NCBI GenBank assembly: GCA_965199755.1 | Contig: CBDASZ010000002.1 | Span: 64,001-128,000 of the forward strand | Reading direction: 5' to 3' | Origin: an uncultured candidatus Porisulfidus sp. | GTDB taxonomy: Bacteria; Pseudomonadota; Gammaproteobacteria; Poriferisulfidales; Poriferisulfidaceae | DNA: 64,000 bases | Shown: piece after piece, positions 1 through 10,591 of the stretch | Position numbering within the stretch: position 1 is the stretch's first letter | How the letters are laid out: every line of letters starts with the position of its first letter | The notes under the pieces: model-generated | What the model was told of the DNA's origin: nothing | Seen by the model: the letters and a program-made list of their open reading frames with translations, nothing else | Databases searched by the model: none | Position numbers and translations under genes: made by a program

Positions 1-911
1 TATACCGGGCACAACGCCGCGGTGGCGTCGGCAAGACCGCCGCCTCAACCAAGGAAGAAGACTACATTGAGCAGATGTTCCTCGCCAGCACGCATGACAC
101 TGTGCTGTGCTTCACCAGTCTGGGCCGCGTCTACTGGCTCAAGGTGTACCAGTTCTCCAGCGGCTCGCGCGTCGCGCGCGGGCGTCCGATCGTCAACTTG
201 CTGCCCTTGATGGAAGATGAAACCATCAATGTCATCATGCCGGTGCACGAGTTTGACGATGACCGTTACGTGGTGATGGCCACCCGACGCGGCATCATCA
301 AAAAAGTCCGCCTGTCAGCATTCTCCCGCCCAATGAAACGCGGCATCATTGCCATGAATCTGGACGATGGCGATCAGCTAATCGGCGCGGCACTGTCCGA
401 CGGCAACAGTGACATCCTGATGGTTGCCGACAACGGCAAGGCCGTACGCTTTACGGAGACCGCGGTACGCTCCTTGGGCCGCACCGCCCGCGGTGTACGC
501 GGCATTCGCCTGGCGGAGGACGCGCACGTCATCAGCCTGTCCGTCATTGACGCGGATTCCGGCGAGCGTCAGTTGCTTCTGGCCACCCGCAACGGCTTCG
601 GCAAACGCACCCGGCTGGCCGACTTCACCCGCAAGGGTCGCGGCATCCAGGGCATCATCGCCATTCGCACCAGCGAACGCAATGGCCCGGTGATCGGCGC
701 GGTCGAAGCGGATCCACAGCGCGAAGTGATGATGATCACCAGCGGCGGCACATTGGTGCGCACCAGCATTGAGGAAATTGCCTTGTCTGGCCGCTCCGCG
801 CAAGGCGTACGTCTAATCACCCCGCGCGATGGCGAGCATCTCAGTCGTCTGGTCTGCGTCGACGCGCTGGATGAAGACGCCGACACGCAGGACGAACCGG
901 TTGTCCACTGA
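1..911 (+). CDS. gyrA: DNA gyrase subunit A, C-terminal beta-pinwheel (5'-truncated by window)
   Basis: Frame open from nt 3: YRAQRRGGVG (GyrA-box variant), repeated RGxxG blade motifs, acidic tail; precedes serC as is typical in gammaproteobacteria. Confidence 0.95.
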   Translation, partial: YRAQRRGGVGKTAASTKEEDYIEQMFLASTHDTVLCFTSLGRVYWLKVYQFSSGSRVARGRPIVNLLPLMEDETINVIMPVHEFDDDRYVVMATRRGIIKKVRLSAFSRPMKRGIIAMNLDDGDQLIGAALSDGNSDILMVADNGKAVRFTETAVRSLGRTARGVRGIRLAEDAHVISLSVIDADSGERQLLLATRNGFGKRTRLADFTRKGRGIQGIIAIRTSERNGPVIGAVEADPQREVMMITSGGTLVRTSIEEIALSGRSAQGVRLITPRDGEHLSRLVCVDALDEDADTQDEPVVH

Positions 912-1974
912 CATCGCCACGGTCCGTTACAACTTCGCTCCGGGCCCCGCGCAACTTCCCAAACCGGTGCTCGAAGAGGCCGCGCAAGCGGTTCTCAACT
1001 TCGATTCCTCCGAGCGTTCCATTCTGGAACTGAGTCATCGCAGCGACGCTTTCGATGCCGTTGCCGAGCGCGCGGAATCTGATCTCCGTGATCTGCTGTC
1101 GCTCAGCGACGACTACGCCGTGCTGTTTCTCTCCAGCGGCACGCGCACGCATTACGGTCTATGGACTCTCAATATCAGTGCGCCTGATGCGCGCATCGGC
1201 ATGACGCAAAGCGGCTATTGGTCACGCATGGCCGCCGATGAGGCCGGGCGCTTTCGCAGCATCGTGCGCCTTGAGCAAAGCGACCCCTCAGACTATCCTG
1301 AATGGGATCCCTATGAGGCGACTGCGCTTGATTATGTGCACTACGTCTCTAACGAGACGCTGACCGGGCTTGCCATGCCCGAACCTGAAGTGCCCTGCCC
1401 GCTGGTCTGCGACCATACTTCGGACTTCCTGAGCGAGCCGATTGATCTGCAGCCTTACGCTCTATGCTACGCCGGCGCGCAGAAGAATTTCGGCTGCGCC
1501 GGACTCACGCTTGCGATCGTACGCCGGGAATTGTTGCGTGAGGAGATCGAACTGCCCAAAGGTCTTGATTACCACACCCAGATGCAGCACCAGTGCCGTT
1601 ACTACACGCCCGCCACTTACGCCTGGTACGTGGCTTCACTGTACCTGCGCTGGATTCGCGAAGAAGGCGGACTGGAGGTCATGGCGCAACGGGCCGAGGC
1701 GCGTGCGCAGCCCTTGTATGCGTACATTGATGACTCCTCTTTGTACAGTTGCGCCATCGCGCCGCGGGCGCGCTCCCGCATGAACGTCTGCTTTCAACTA
1801 AGCGATGAATCCCTGCTGGAGGCGTTTCTGGAGCAGGCCGAAGCGCAGGGACTGGCGGGTCTGCGAGGACACAGTGCGGTCGGCGGAATTAGGGCCAGCC
1901 TGTACAATGCCATGCCAATAGCCGGAGCTGAAGCGCTGGCTTCTTTCATGCACGAGTTCGAGCGCACCGCATGA
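901..1974 (+). CDS. serC: Phosphoserine aminotransferase
   Basis: YNFAPGP, NET, AGAQKN (PLP lysine), GHSAVGGIRASLYNA; likely TTG start at 901 overlapping the gyrA stop. Confidence 0.93.
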   Translation: MSTDIATVRYNFAPGPAQLPKPVLEEAAQAVLNFDSSERSILELSHRSDAFDAVAERAESDLRDLLSLSDDYAVLFLSSGTRTHYGLWTLNISAPDARIGMTQSGYWSRMAADEAGRFRSIVRLEQSDPSDYPEWDPYEATALDYVHYVSNETLTGLAMPEPEVPCPLVCDHTSDFLSEPIDLQPYALCYAGAQKNFGCAGLTLAIVRRELLREEIELPKGLDYHTQMQHQCRYYTPATYAWYVASLYLRWIREEGGLEVMAQRAEARAQPLYAYIDDSSLYSCAIAPRARSRMNVCFQLSDESLLEAFLEQAEAQGLAGLRGHSAVGGIRASLYNAMPIAGAEALASFMHEFERTA

Positions 1975-3047
1975 GTGACCAAGATTTAAATTCTGCCCGG
2001 CGTCAAATTGACGCGCTGGACGATGAGATTGTAGAACGCATCAGTCACCGGGCGCGTCTGGCGCTGGAGACTGCGCGCGCCAAATCGGCAGACGGCAGTT
2101 TCTATGATCCGGCACGTGAGGCGCAGGTGCTACGCCGCATTCGCGAGACCAATCCGGGACCGCTCACAGACGATGAAATGGTGCGGCTGTTCCGCGAGAT
2201 CATGTCGGCCTGTCTGGCGCTGGAGCGCCCGACACAAGTCGTCTATCTGGGACCAGAAGGCACCTTCACGCATCAAGCGGCGCAACGGCATTTCGGGCAC
2301 TCCGCGCAATTCACACCGCACGACCATGTCGGCGAGGTGTTTCGCGAGGTGGAAAGCGATGAATCCGAATACGGCGTGGTGCCGGTAGAGAATTCGACCG
2401 ACGGCGTGGTCGCGCATACGCTCGACCTGTTCATTGAGTCTGCGCTGAAAATTGCCGGCGAAGTCGAGTTGTCCATTCACCACCATCTGCTCGCGACCCA
2501 CGAGGATCTCGATGCCTTGCGTTGCGTGCGCGCGCACCCGCAGGCGTTGGCGCAATGCCGCCAGTGGCTGGACCGGAAACTGCCCAAACTCGACCGCATC
2601 GCGGACTCCAGCAATGCGGCCGCCGCCCTGTACGCGCAGCAGAACCCGGAAGTCGCGGCGATCGCAGCGCGCGCCGCCGCTGAACAGTACGAGCTAAACA
2701 TTCTAGCGACCAACATTGAGGACAACCCGGACAACCGCACCCGCTTTCTGGTCATCGGCAAGAACGAGTCACCGCCTTCCGGTGCGGACAAGACCAGCGT
2801 GCTGGTGTCCGCGCGCAACCGACCAGGCGCACTGATGGAATTGCTGCGACCGCTGTCTGAGGCCGGCATTGACCTGAGCCGCATCGAGTCGCGGCCCGCG
2901 AAAACGGTCAACTGGGAATACGTGTTCTTTCTGGACCTGCAGGGACATCAGGCTGAAGCACCAATCGCAGCGGCGCTGGACGCGCTGACGGAAGCTTCCG
3001 CATTCTGCAAAATTCTGGGCTCCTATCCCTGCGCCGCCGCGCCCTGA
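1971..3047 (+). CDS. pheA: Chorismate mutase/prephenate dehydratase (P-protein)
   Basis: N-terminal CM (RQIDALD), LGPEGTF, PVENS, TRF, ACT-domain IESRP. Confidence 0.96.
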   Translation: MSDQDLNSARRQIDALDDEIVERISHRARLALETARAKSADGSFYDPAREAQVLRRIRETNPGPLTDDEMVRLFREIMSACLALERPTQVVYLGPEGTFTHQAAQRHFGHSAQFTPHDHVGEVFREVESDESEYGVVPVENSTDGVVAHTLDLFIESALKIAGEVELSIHHHLLATHEDLDALRCVRAHPQALAQCRQWLDRKLPKLDRIADSSNAAAALYAQQNPEVAAIAARAAAEQYELNILATNIEDNPDNRTRFLVIGKNESPPSGADKTSVLVSARNRPGALMELLRPLSEAGIDLSRIESRPAKTVNWEYVFFLDLQGHQAEAPIAAALDALTEASAFCKILGSYPCAAAP

Positions 3048-4150
3048 TGGCCGCCTCCCCTGACGCTGTCTGCACGGCCGCGCGCGCGAGTGTGCAGCAA
3101 CTGGCACCTTATATCCCCGGCGCGCGTCCCAGCGTCGCCGGCGAGAAGTTGTGCCGGCTGGCCTCTAATGAAAACCCGCTCGGCCCCTCGCCAAAGGCCG
3201 TGGACGCCTTGCGCGACATTGGCAATCTGGCGCGCTACCCGGACAACGACGGCCATGCCCTCAAACAAGCACTCGCCGCGCAGCATAACTGTGGCGAAGA
3301 CTCCCTGATTCTGGGCAATGGCTCTTCTGACCTGCTGGATTTGGTTGCGCAAGCCTGGCTTGAAGACGGTCGCGAGGCGGTATTCGCACGCCACGCTTTT
3401 GTGGTGTACCCGCTGGTGGTGCAGGCCGCCGGGGCTGTCGCCCGCATCGCCGAGCCGTATCCGCTGACGCATGAACAACCGCTTGGCCATGATCTTGCGA
3501 CTCTGCAAGAGCAGGTCACTGAGCGCACCGCGGTGGTGTTTCTAGCCAATCCCAACAATCCGACCGGCACAGTGCTGAACGATGACGCCGTGCGCGACTT
3601 TCTGGAGGCCATTCCGCCGCAGGTGCTGGTGGTGCTGGATGAAGCCTACGCGGAGTACCGCGATCCGATCCCGCCCGCCGGGCGCTTTCTGGACTGTCCG
3701 CAAGTGCTGCTCACCCGTACCTTCTCGAAGATCTACGGCCTCGCCGGTCTGCGCATCGGCTATGCCTTGGGCCACCCGGACGTAATCAGTATGCTGAACC
3801 GAGTACGCCAGCCGTTCAATGTCAACACGCTGGCGCAGCAGGCGGCCTGCGCGGCGCTCACCGACACCGAGCACCTTGCGAAAAGCCGCAGCAACTGCAC
3901 TGAGGGCATGTTGCGGCTGCTCGCTACCGCCCGAGAACTGGAATATCCGCATCTTGGCATGCACGGCAATTTCCTGACCCTGAATCTGGGCGAGCGAACC
4001 CCCGAGGCGATCGCGTCTCTTCGCGAGCGAGGCATTTTGGCGCGCGCCTTGCCGGAGTACGAACTGCCGCAGTGGCTGCGTTTCACCATTGGCAATACCG
4101 ATGAGATCTCCACACTGATCGAAGCCTTAAGCGACTGGGAAGGCACATGA
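3047..4150 (+). CDS. hisC: Histidinol-phosphate aminotransferase
   Basis: LASNENP, NPNNPTG, DEAY, RTFSKIYGLAGLRIG. Confidence 0.95.
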   Translation: MAASPDAVCTAARASVQQLAPYIPGARPSVAGEKLCRLASNENPLGPSPKAVDALRDIGNLARYPDNDGHALKQALAAQHNCGEDSLILGNGSSDLLDLVAQAWLEDGREAVFARHAFVVYPLVVQAAGAVARIAEPYPLTHEQPLGHDLATLQEQVTERTAVVFLANPNNPTGTVLNDDAVRDFLEAIPPQVLVVLDEAYAEYRDPIPPAGRFLDCPQVLLTRTFSKIYGLAGLRIGYALGHPDVISMLNRVRQPFNVNTLAQQAACAALTDTEHLAKSRSNCTEGMLRLLATARELEYPHLGMHGNFLTLNLGERTPEAIASLRERGILARALPEYELPQWLRFTIGNTDEISTLIEALSDWEGT

Positions 4151-5004
4151 ACGACACAATCGCCATCATCGGCATGGGTAACATCGGCGGCTCCATGGCT
4201 TTGGGTCTGCGCGACAGTTGCGCCGCCATACATGGATTTGATACGGATGCCGCAGCGCTGGACTGGGCGCACGGCGAAGGATTGATTGACACCGCGCACT
4301 CACAGGCTGCCGCGGCAGCCAAAGTGTGCGAGATGATTGTGCTGGCGGTGCCGCCGGGTGCCGTTGCTCCGGTTTGTCTGGAACTGGCACCGCATATTGA
4401 ACCCGGCCAGGTCGTCACCGATGTCAGCAGCATCAAAGGGCCGATGCTGGAGGCCATCGCACAAGGCTGCGGCGTGGTGCCGCCATGGTTCGTGCCGGGG
4501 CATCCGATTGCTGGCACCGAGAAGTCTGGCGTACGCCATGCCAGCGGCACCCTGTTCCAGGGTCGCTGCGCGGTGCTGACGCCGTTGCCGCAAACCAACC
4601 CCGATGCGGTGGCCTGCGTGCGCCTTCTGTGGGAGCAACTCGGCATGGCCACCCAGATCATGGAGGCCGACACGCATGACGCCATGGTCGCCGGCGTCAG
4701 TCACCTGCCACATGTGCTGGCGTTTGCATTAATGGATCTGCTGGCGCAAGAGTTCGGCATTGAGGAACTGAAGCGCTACGCCGCCGGCGGCCTGCTGGAT
4801 TCCACACGCATTGCGTCTAGCAACCCTGAATTGTGGGCTGATATCTGCCACGGCAATCGCGCCCAACTGGTGCCAATGCTGGAACGGTTCCAGACGCGAC
4901 TGAGCGAGTTGACCAACGCGCTGCGCACCGAACAATCCCAAGCGCTGCACGACTCCTTCAGCACCGCTCGCCGCACTCGCGAACAACTTCGGCTCAAGGA
5001 ATGA
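4147..5004 (+). CDS. tyrA: Prephenate/arogenate dehydrogenase
   Basis: GxGxxG Rossmann, DVSSIK, GHPIAGTE, HD...SHLPH, TRIASS. Confidence 0.93.
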   Translation: MNDTIAIIGMGNIGGSMALGLRDSCAAIHGFDTDAAALDWAHGEGLIDTAHSQAAAAAKVCEMIVLAVPPGAVAPVCLELAPHIEPGQVVTDVSSIKGPMLEAIAQGCGVVPPWFVPGHPIAGTEKSGVRHASGTLFQGRCAVLTPLPQTNPDAVACVRLLWEQLGMATQIMEADTHDAMVAGVSHLPHVLAFALMDLLAQEFGIEELKRYAAGGLLDSTRIASSNPELWADICHGNRAQLVPMLERFQTRLSELTNALRTEQSQALHDSFSTARRTREQLRLKE

Positions 5005-6302
5005 GCACGTGCTGGCTGGCTGGGCCAGGTGGCGCGGTGCGCGGCACCGTGGACCTCCCCGGCGACAAATCCATCAGCCACCGCGCCTTGATGCTCGCCG
5101 CGATCGCGCATGGCCCCAGCACCCTGCGCGGCGTACTCGATAGCGAAGACTGTCGCGCCACAGCCACGGCGCTGCGGCAACTGAGCGTGAAACTGGCGCG
5201 ACCCGAACCCGGAGTGTGGCAGATTGAAGGACGCGGCCTCGACGGCTTGCGCGACCCCGGTGAGCCGCTTGATCTCGGCAACTCTGGCACTTCAATGCGG
5301 TTGTTTTGCGGGCTGCTGGCTAGGCGGGAATTCTCAACCACTTTAATCGGCGATGCGTCGCTGTCGCGCCGTCCGATGGAGCGCGTGACTGCTCCCTTGC
5401 GCGCGATGGGCGCGCACATTGACACGGAGGACGAGCATGCGCCGGTGCGGATTCACGCCAACGCCACACTGCGAGGCATCACGCACCCGGAGCCGATCGC
5501 TAGCGCGCAAGTCAAATCCGCCATTCTGCTCGCCGGACTGCAAACCAGCGGTCGCAGTTGTCTGATGGAAACCGCGCCCTCCCGCGACCATACCGAACGC
5601 ATGCTGCCGGCCTTCGGTGCGCACTGCGCCGTCACCGATAACACCATCTGTATTGAGGGTGGGCAGTCCTTGCATGGCGCAGAAGTAGTGATTCCGCGCG
5701 ATCTATCTGCGGCCGCGTTTTTTGTGGTCGCAGCATGCATTACGTCGGATGCCGATGTGCGCCTGCCCGGAGTCGGACTCAACCCCCGCCGCGACGGGAT
5801 GCTGCGAATTTTGCAGGCGATGGGCGCGAACATTGAGATCACTCTTGACGACACCACTGCATCGGAGCCGCAGGGCGAGATTCGGGTGCGCCACAGTGCG
5901 CTTGCCGGGGTCGAGGTGGGCCCGGAACTGGTGTCCAACGCCATTGACGAGTTTCCGATCCTCTGCATTGCGGCGGCCTGTGCTGAAGGGGTGACTGAGT
6001 TTCATGGCATTGGCGAGTTGCGACTGAAGGAATCCGACCGCATTGCCGCCATGGAAGAAGGCTTGCGCGCACTGGGCATCACGGTCGAAGCCGGCGCTGA
6101 CTTCATGCGCATCACTGGCGGGAGTTTGCGCGGCGGCACCGTACACAGCCACCAAGATCACCGCATCGCCATGGCCTTCGCGATCGCATCACTGGCCGCG
6201 CAAGACACGATTCGCATCGAGGGCGCGCAGTGGGTGGCAACCTCCTTCCCGGACTTCGCCGATCTCGCGCGAAGCGTCGGCGTGTTGCTGCGCGATGACT
6301 GA
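5001..6302 (+). CDS. aroA: EPSP synthase
   Basis: PGDKSISHR, GNSGT, RRPM, SAQVKS, RDHTE, KESDR, DHRIAM. Confidence 0.97.
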   Translation: MSTCWLAGPGGAVRGTVDLPGDKSISHRALMLAAIAHGPSTLRGVLDSEDCRATATALRQLSVKLARPEPGVWQIEGRGLDGLRDPGEPLDLGNSGTSMRLFCGLLARREFSTTLIGDASLSRRPMERVTAPLRAMGAHIDTEDEHAPVRIHANATLRGITHPEPIASAQVKSAILLAGLQTSGRSCLMETAPSRDHTERMLPAFGAHCAVTDNTICIEGGQSLHGAEVVIPRDLSAAAFFVVAACITSDADVRLPGVGLNPRRDGMLRILQAMGANIEITLDDTTASEPQGEIRVRHSALAGVEVGPELVSNAIDEFPILCIAAACAEGVTEFHGIGELRLKESDRIAAMEEGLRALGITVEAGADFMRITGGSLRGGTVHSHQDHRIAMAFAIASLAAQDTIRIEGAQWVATSFPDFADLARSVGVLLRDD

Positions 6303-6966
6303 ATTCATTCCGGTCGTCGCCATTGACGGCACCGCCGGCTCCGGCAAAGGCACGCTGGCACGCGGACTCGCGCAAGAACTCGGCTGGCATTATCTGGACT
6401 CTGGTGCCTTGTATCGCGCCTGCGCCTACGCCATAGCGCAGCAGGACATCGCTGTTGACGACACAGATGCGTGCGTGGCCGCGGCGCAAACCATGGAACT
6501 GGAGGTACAGTGTCTGCCCGAAGGTTTGGCACTGTCTCTGTCCGGGCGCGACATCAGCACGGCGATTCGTGAAAGCGCGATCGGCGCGGCCGCCTCCGTG
6601 ATCGCCGGATATCCGGGAATTCGCGCGGCCTTGTTGCCGCGTCAACGCGCCGCGCGTCAGTTGCCTGGTCTGGTCGCCGACGGACGCGATATGGGCAGCG
6701 TGGTGTTCCCGGACGCTCTTCTCAAGGTGTTTCTAACCGCTTCGCTGGATATTCGGGCGCAACGACGCCAGATGCAGTTGAAAGAGTTGGGGGTGAATGC
6801 TACAATGTCCGACCTCATCCAGGAGTTGGCACTGCGTGATCAACAGGATACGCAGCGCAATGCAGCACCGCTGATGCAGACTTCGGATGCTTTCTTGCTT
6901 GATACCACAGGGTATTCGATCAAGGAGGTATGCGATCAGGTCCGGGCTCGCCTGCCCGGTTCATAA
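6295..6966 (+). CDS. cmk: Cytidylate kinase
   Basis: AIDGTAGSGKGT P-loop, DSGALYR, DGRDMG; ATG at 6295. Confidence 0.95.
   Translation: MTEFIPVVAIDGTAGSGKGTLARGLAQELGWHYLDSGALYRACAYAIAQQDIAVDDTDACVAAAQTMELEVQCLPEGLALSLSGRDISTAIRESAIGAAASVIAGYPGIRAALLPRQRAARQLPGLVADGRDMGSVVFPDALLKVFLTASLDIRAQRRQMQLKELGVNATMSDLIQELALRDQQDTQRNAAPLMQTSDAFLLDTTGYSIKEVCDQVRARLPGS
6778..6806 (+). promoter_or_regulatory. Putative sigma70 promoter inside cmk, upstream of rpsA
   Basis: TTGAAA-17 bp-TACAAT with extended -10 TG. Confidence 0.6.
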
Positions 6967-6991
6967 ACCCCACAGACAAAGGCACCCATCC

Positions 6992-8692
6992 ATGAGCGAA
7001 AACTTCGCAGATCTGCTGGAAGAGAATATCTCCCGGCTCCAAATTCGTCCCGGCTCCATTATTGAAGGCACGGTCGTCGACATTCGTGCCGACGCCGTCA
7101 TCGTCAGCGCCGGCCTCAAATCCGAATGCTTCATTCCCGCTGATCAGTTCCGTGACAATGACGGGCAACTGGAAGTCGCCATCGGCGACACCGTGGAAGT
7201 GTCACTGGACGCGCTGGAAGACGGCAGCGGCGAGACCCGCATGTCGCGCGAGCGCGCCAAACGCATCCGCATCTGGAACGATCTGGAGAAAGCCTTTGAG
7301 GAAGGCACCAAGGTCACCGGCACCATCGCCAGCAAGGTCAAGGGCGGCTTCACCATCAACCTGAACTCAGCGGTGCGCGCCTTTTTGCCTGGCTCGCTGG
7401 TGGACGTACGTCCGGTACGCGAAACCGCCTATCTGGAAAACCGGGAACTGGAATTCAAGATCATCAAGATTGACCGCCGACGCGACAACGTGGTGGTCTC
7501 ACGCCGCGCCGTCATTGAAGTCGAACACAGCGCCGAACGCAACGCCATCCTGCAGAAACTGGCGGAAAGCAGTACGGTGCGCGGCACGGTCAAGAACCTG
7601 ACCGACTACGGCGCATTTCTGGACCTGGGCGGCGCTGATGGCCTGTTGCATATCACCGACATGGCGTGGCGACGTATTCACCACCCTTCGGACGTGGTCG
7701 AGATCGGGCAGGAAATTGACGTCAAAATCCTGAGTTACGATCAGGAAAGCGGGCGCGTGTCGCTCGGCATCAAGCAGCTGACGCAAGACCCTTGGGAAGA
7801 CATTACCGATCGCTATTCGGTCGGCACTCAGGTCAACGGTACGGTCACCAGCATTACCGACTACGGCTGCTTTGTGGAAGTCGAGGATGGTATTGAAGGA
7901 CTGGTGCATGCCTCCGAAATGGACTGGACCTCGCGCAATCCTAATCCCTCACGCATGGTGACGATGGGCGATGCGGTCGAGGTCAAGGTGCTGGAGATTG
8001 ATCTGGAGCGCCGGCGCATTTCACTCGGCATGAAGCAATGCACGGACAATCCGTGGGAAGCCTTCGCCGCGATGTACAGCAAAGGCTCCAAAATCACCGG
8101 CGCGGTCAAGTCGATCACGGATTTTGGCGTGTTCGTCGGCCTCGACGGCGGCATTGACGGCCTGATTCATCTCTCCGACCTGTCCTGGACGGAGCCGGGT
8201 GAAACCGCCATCCGCAATTATCAAAAAGGCCATGAACTCGAAGCGCGCGTCCTGTCGGTGGACGTGGAGCGCGAGCGCGTCTCACTCGGTATCAAGCAAT
8301 TGACTGATGACCCGATGCAGGAATGGGCGCGCCAGAATCCGAAAGGTACGGTAGTCTCGGGCACCGTGCAGGAAGTCACCGCGCGCAGCGTGATCGTGAT
8401 GCTTAAGGAAGATGTCACGGCGACCATCGCCGCCTCTGAACTGTCGCAAGAGAAGGTCGAGGATGCGCGCGAGCACGCGCGCGTCGGCGAGACCATTGAG
8501 GCGGTAGTGCGCAACATTGATCTCAAGAAACAGCAGATCAGTCTGTCGGTGCGCGCCAAGGATCAGGCGGAAGAAAAGAAGGCGGTGGAAGATTACAAGG
8601 CCGAAGCACCGCAAATCAGCCGCTCGCTCGGTGGTATAATCCGTGAAACCCTGCTTGAGCGCGGTTCGCGTAAGAAAAACAAAGACACCTGA
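6992..8692 (+). CDS. rpsA: 30S ribosomal protein S1
   Basis: MSENFA start, repeated S1 domains (YGAFLDLG, DGLLHITD, RVSLGIKQ). Confidence 0.97.
   Translation: MSENFADLLEENISRLQIRPGSIIEGTVVDIRADAVIVSAGLKSECFIPADQFRDNDGQLEVAIGDTVEVSLDALEDGSGETRMSRERAKRIRIWNDLEKAFEEGTKVTGTIASKVKGGFTINLNSAVRAFLPGSLVDVRPVRETAYLENRELEFKIIKIDRRRDNVVVSRRAVIEVEHSAERNAILQKLAESSTVRGTVKNLTDYGAFLDLGGADGLLHITDMAWRRIHHPSDVVEIGQEIDVKILSYDQESGRVSLGIKQLTQDPWEDITDRYSVGTQVNGTVTSITDYGCFVEVEDGIEGLVHASEMDWTSRNPNPSRMVTMGDAVEVKVLEIDLERRRISLGMKQCTDNPWEAFAAMYSKGSKITGAVKSITDFGVFVGLDGGIDGLIHLSDLSWTEPGETAIRNYQKGHELEARVLSVDVERERVSLGIKQLTDDPMQEWARQNPKGTVVSGTVQEVTARSVIVMLKEDVTATIAASELSQEKVEDAREHARVGETIEAVVRNIDLKKQQISLSVRAKDQAEEKKAVEDYKAEAPQISRSLGGIIRETLLERGSRKKNKDT
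8632..8640 (+). promoter_or_regulatory. Putative extended -10 element for ihfB within rpsA 3' end
   Basis: TGGTATAAT ~60 nt upstream of the ihfB start. Confidence 0.45.
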
Positions 8693-8701
8693 GTTCGTAT
8701 C

Positions 8702-9013
8702 ATGCCTGCTTCTGCTGATTCCAGCATCAACCGCAGTCGGGTTATCGAGCGCATCTGCCGCCGACATCCGCAATTATCCTCCCGCGACGTACACGACGCG
8801 GTGAATCTGATTCTGGAGCGCATGGCGCAGGCGCTGGTCGATCACGACCGGGTGGAACTGCGTGGTTTCGGCACATTTTCCTTACGCAAACGCCAGCCGC
8901 GGATGGCGCGCAATCCGCGCACCGGACAGTCTGTGGTGGTCGGCACGCGCTACGTGCCGCACTTCAAGCCGGGCAAACGCCTGCGCCAAAAACTAGCGAA
9001 ACAAGGGGAATAA
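8702..9013 (+). CDS. ihfB: Integration host factor beta
   Basis: RVELRGFGTF, RNPRTG, PHFKPGK; follows rpsA. Confidence 0.93.
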   Translation: MPASADSSINRSRVIERICRRHPQLSSRDVHDAVNLILERMAQALVDHDRVELRGFGTFSLRKRQPRMARNPRTGQSVVVGTRYVPHFKPGKRLRQKLAKQGE

Positions 9014-9097
9014 GACCCCCTGTTCTCATGCCGTGCGCCTTCGCGCGCAGCGGTTATCTGCTATATTCTTGGGGTTCACACGACCCGGTTTCCGAAC

Positions 9098-9388
9098 ATG
9101 AAGAAATTCAGTATGCCGATCGTCTTTCTGCTGCTGCTGGCCGCCAGCCTGATTCTGGCCATGACCAACCCGCAGTTCGTCAACGTCAACCTGTACTTCA
9201 CCCAGCACAGCATGCAGCTGGGCTTGGCTTTGGTCGCCACCCTCGCGCTGGGGCTGGGACTGGCCACTCTCATGGGCGGCTGGATGGTGTTGCGCTATCG
9301 GCTGCGCCTGTCGCAACTGCAGCGCCAGTACGATCTGGTGTATCAGGAAGTCCGCAACCTGCGGCGCATGCCCATTCACGAGGCTTGA
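9098..9388 (+). CDS. lapA: LPS assembly protein A-like membrane protein
   Basis: Two hydrophobic helices, N-x-x-x-V-x-x-N-L-Y-F, C-terminal coiled coil; directly upstream of lapB. Confidence 0.8.
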   Translation: MKKFSMPIVFLLLLAASLILAMTNPQFVNVNLYFTQHSMQLGLALVATLALGLGLATLMGGWMVLRYRLRLSQLQRQYDLVYQEVRNLRRMPIHEA

Positions 9389-9392
9389 TGCC

Positions 9393-10586
9393 ATGACCAC
9401 CCTGCTGTGGCTGTTGCTGCCGATCGCCGCGCTGAGCGGCTGGTGGGCGGCGCGTCATGATCAGCAGCACAAGCAGCCCAAACCGATCCCCCGCCACTAT
9501 CTCAAGGGCATCAACTACCTGCTGAACGAGCAGCCGGACAAGGCTATTGACCTGTTCGTCAATATTGTGGATCTGGACGCCGACACGGTGGAGACTTACA
9601 TTGTGCTAGGCAATCTGATGCGCCGGCGCGGCGAGGTGGAGCGCGCGATTCGCCTGCATCAAAGCCTGATCGCCCGACCCAATCTGGACAACCAGTCCAA
9701 AGCCGACGCCCTGCTTGAACTGGGGCGGGATTATCTGAAGGCCGGCATGTTTGACCGCGCTCGCCACCTGCTGCACGGCGTACTGGATACGGACAGCCAC
9801 CAGCTCGAAGCACTGCATCATCTGCGCGAGATCTACGAGCAGGAGAAAGAATGGGAAGACGCGATTCAGAACGCACGACAGATTGAGCGCCACAACGGCG
9901 GCTCTCAGCATAATCTGATTGCGCAGTACTACTGTGAACTTGGCGAACTCGCCCTGTCAGGCGGCGGTCGAGCCGGTCAGGAAGAAGCGATTGCTCATGC
10001 GCGCAAAGCGCTCAGTTTCAACTCCGGCTGCGCGCGCGCGCATCTGATGCTCGGCGATATCTCCAACCGTCAGGACGATCCGCACGCCGCCATTCGCCAC
10101 TATCGCGAAGCCTACCAGCAACGCCCGGCATTCGCGCCGCGCATTATTCAGCGTCTGCAAGATGCCTATCAGAAACTCGGCGACACCGACGGATTCCAGC
10201 GCTTCCTGTCTGGCGTACATCACGAACAGCACGCCTTGTTCCCGGCGCTGTCCCTGCTGAAGAGCATTCAGTCGCAAGGCAATGGCGCGGAACTGGAAGA
10301 CGTGTTCGACTCCGCCTTCAAGACCAACCCCTCCTCACTGGTGCTATTGCGTGAATACATTGAAGCGATAACCGAGAACCGTATTGCCAGCGATCAACAG
10401 AGCCTGCGCAAGGTGCTCGGCGTTCTGGAGCACTATTTGGGAGGACGGCCTACGCACGAATGCTCCAACTGCCAGTTGCAGGTGCACAGCCTGTTCTGGC
10501 AATGCCCCAGTTGCCATCAATGGGATACTCTGGAGATGGTTGAACCGTACGCGGAGAAAGTCTCGCAGCAACCGTATCTGGTCTGA
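9393..10586 (+). CDS. lapB: LPS assembly protein B (TPR + rubredoxin)
   Basis: LLLLPIAA anchor, YLKGINYLL..PDKA, TPRs, CSNC...WQCPSC. Confidence 0.93.
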   Translation: MTTLLWLLLPIAALSGWWAARHDQQHKQPKPIPRHYLKGINYLLNEQPDKAIDLFVNIVDLDADTVETYIVLGNLMRRRGEVERAIRLHQSLIARPNLDNQSKADALLELGRDYLKAGMFDRARHLLHGVLDTDSHQLEALHHLREIYEQEKEWEDAIQNARQIERHNGGSQHNLIAQYYCELGELALSGGGRAGQEEAIAHARKALSFNSGCARAHLMLGDISNRQDDPHAAIRHYREAYQQRPAFAPRIIQRLQDAYQKLGDTDGFQRFLSGVHHEQHALFPALSLLKSIQSQGNGAELEDVFDSAFKTNPSSLVLLREYIEAITENRIASDQQSLRKVLGVLEHYLGGRPTHECSNCQLQVHSLFWQCPSCHQWDTLEMVEPYAEKVSQQPYLV

Positions 10587-10591
10587 ACCCT

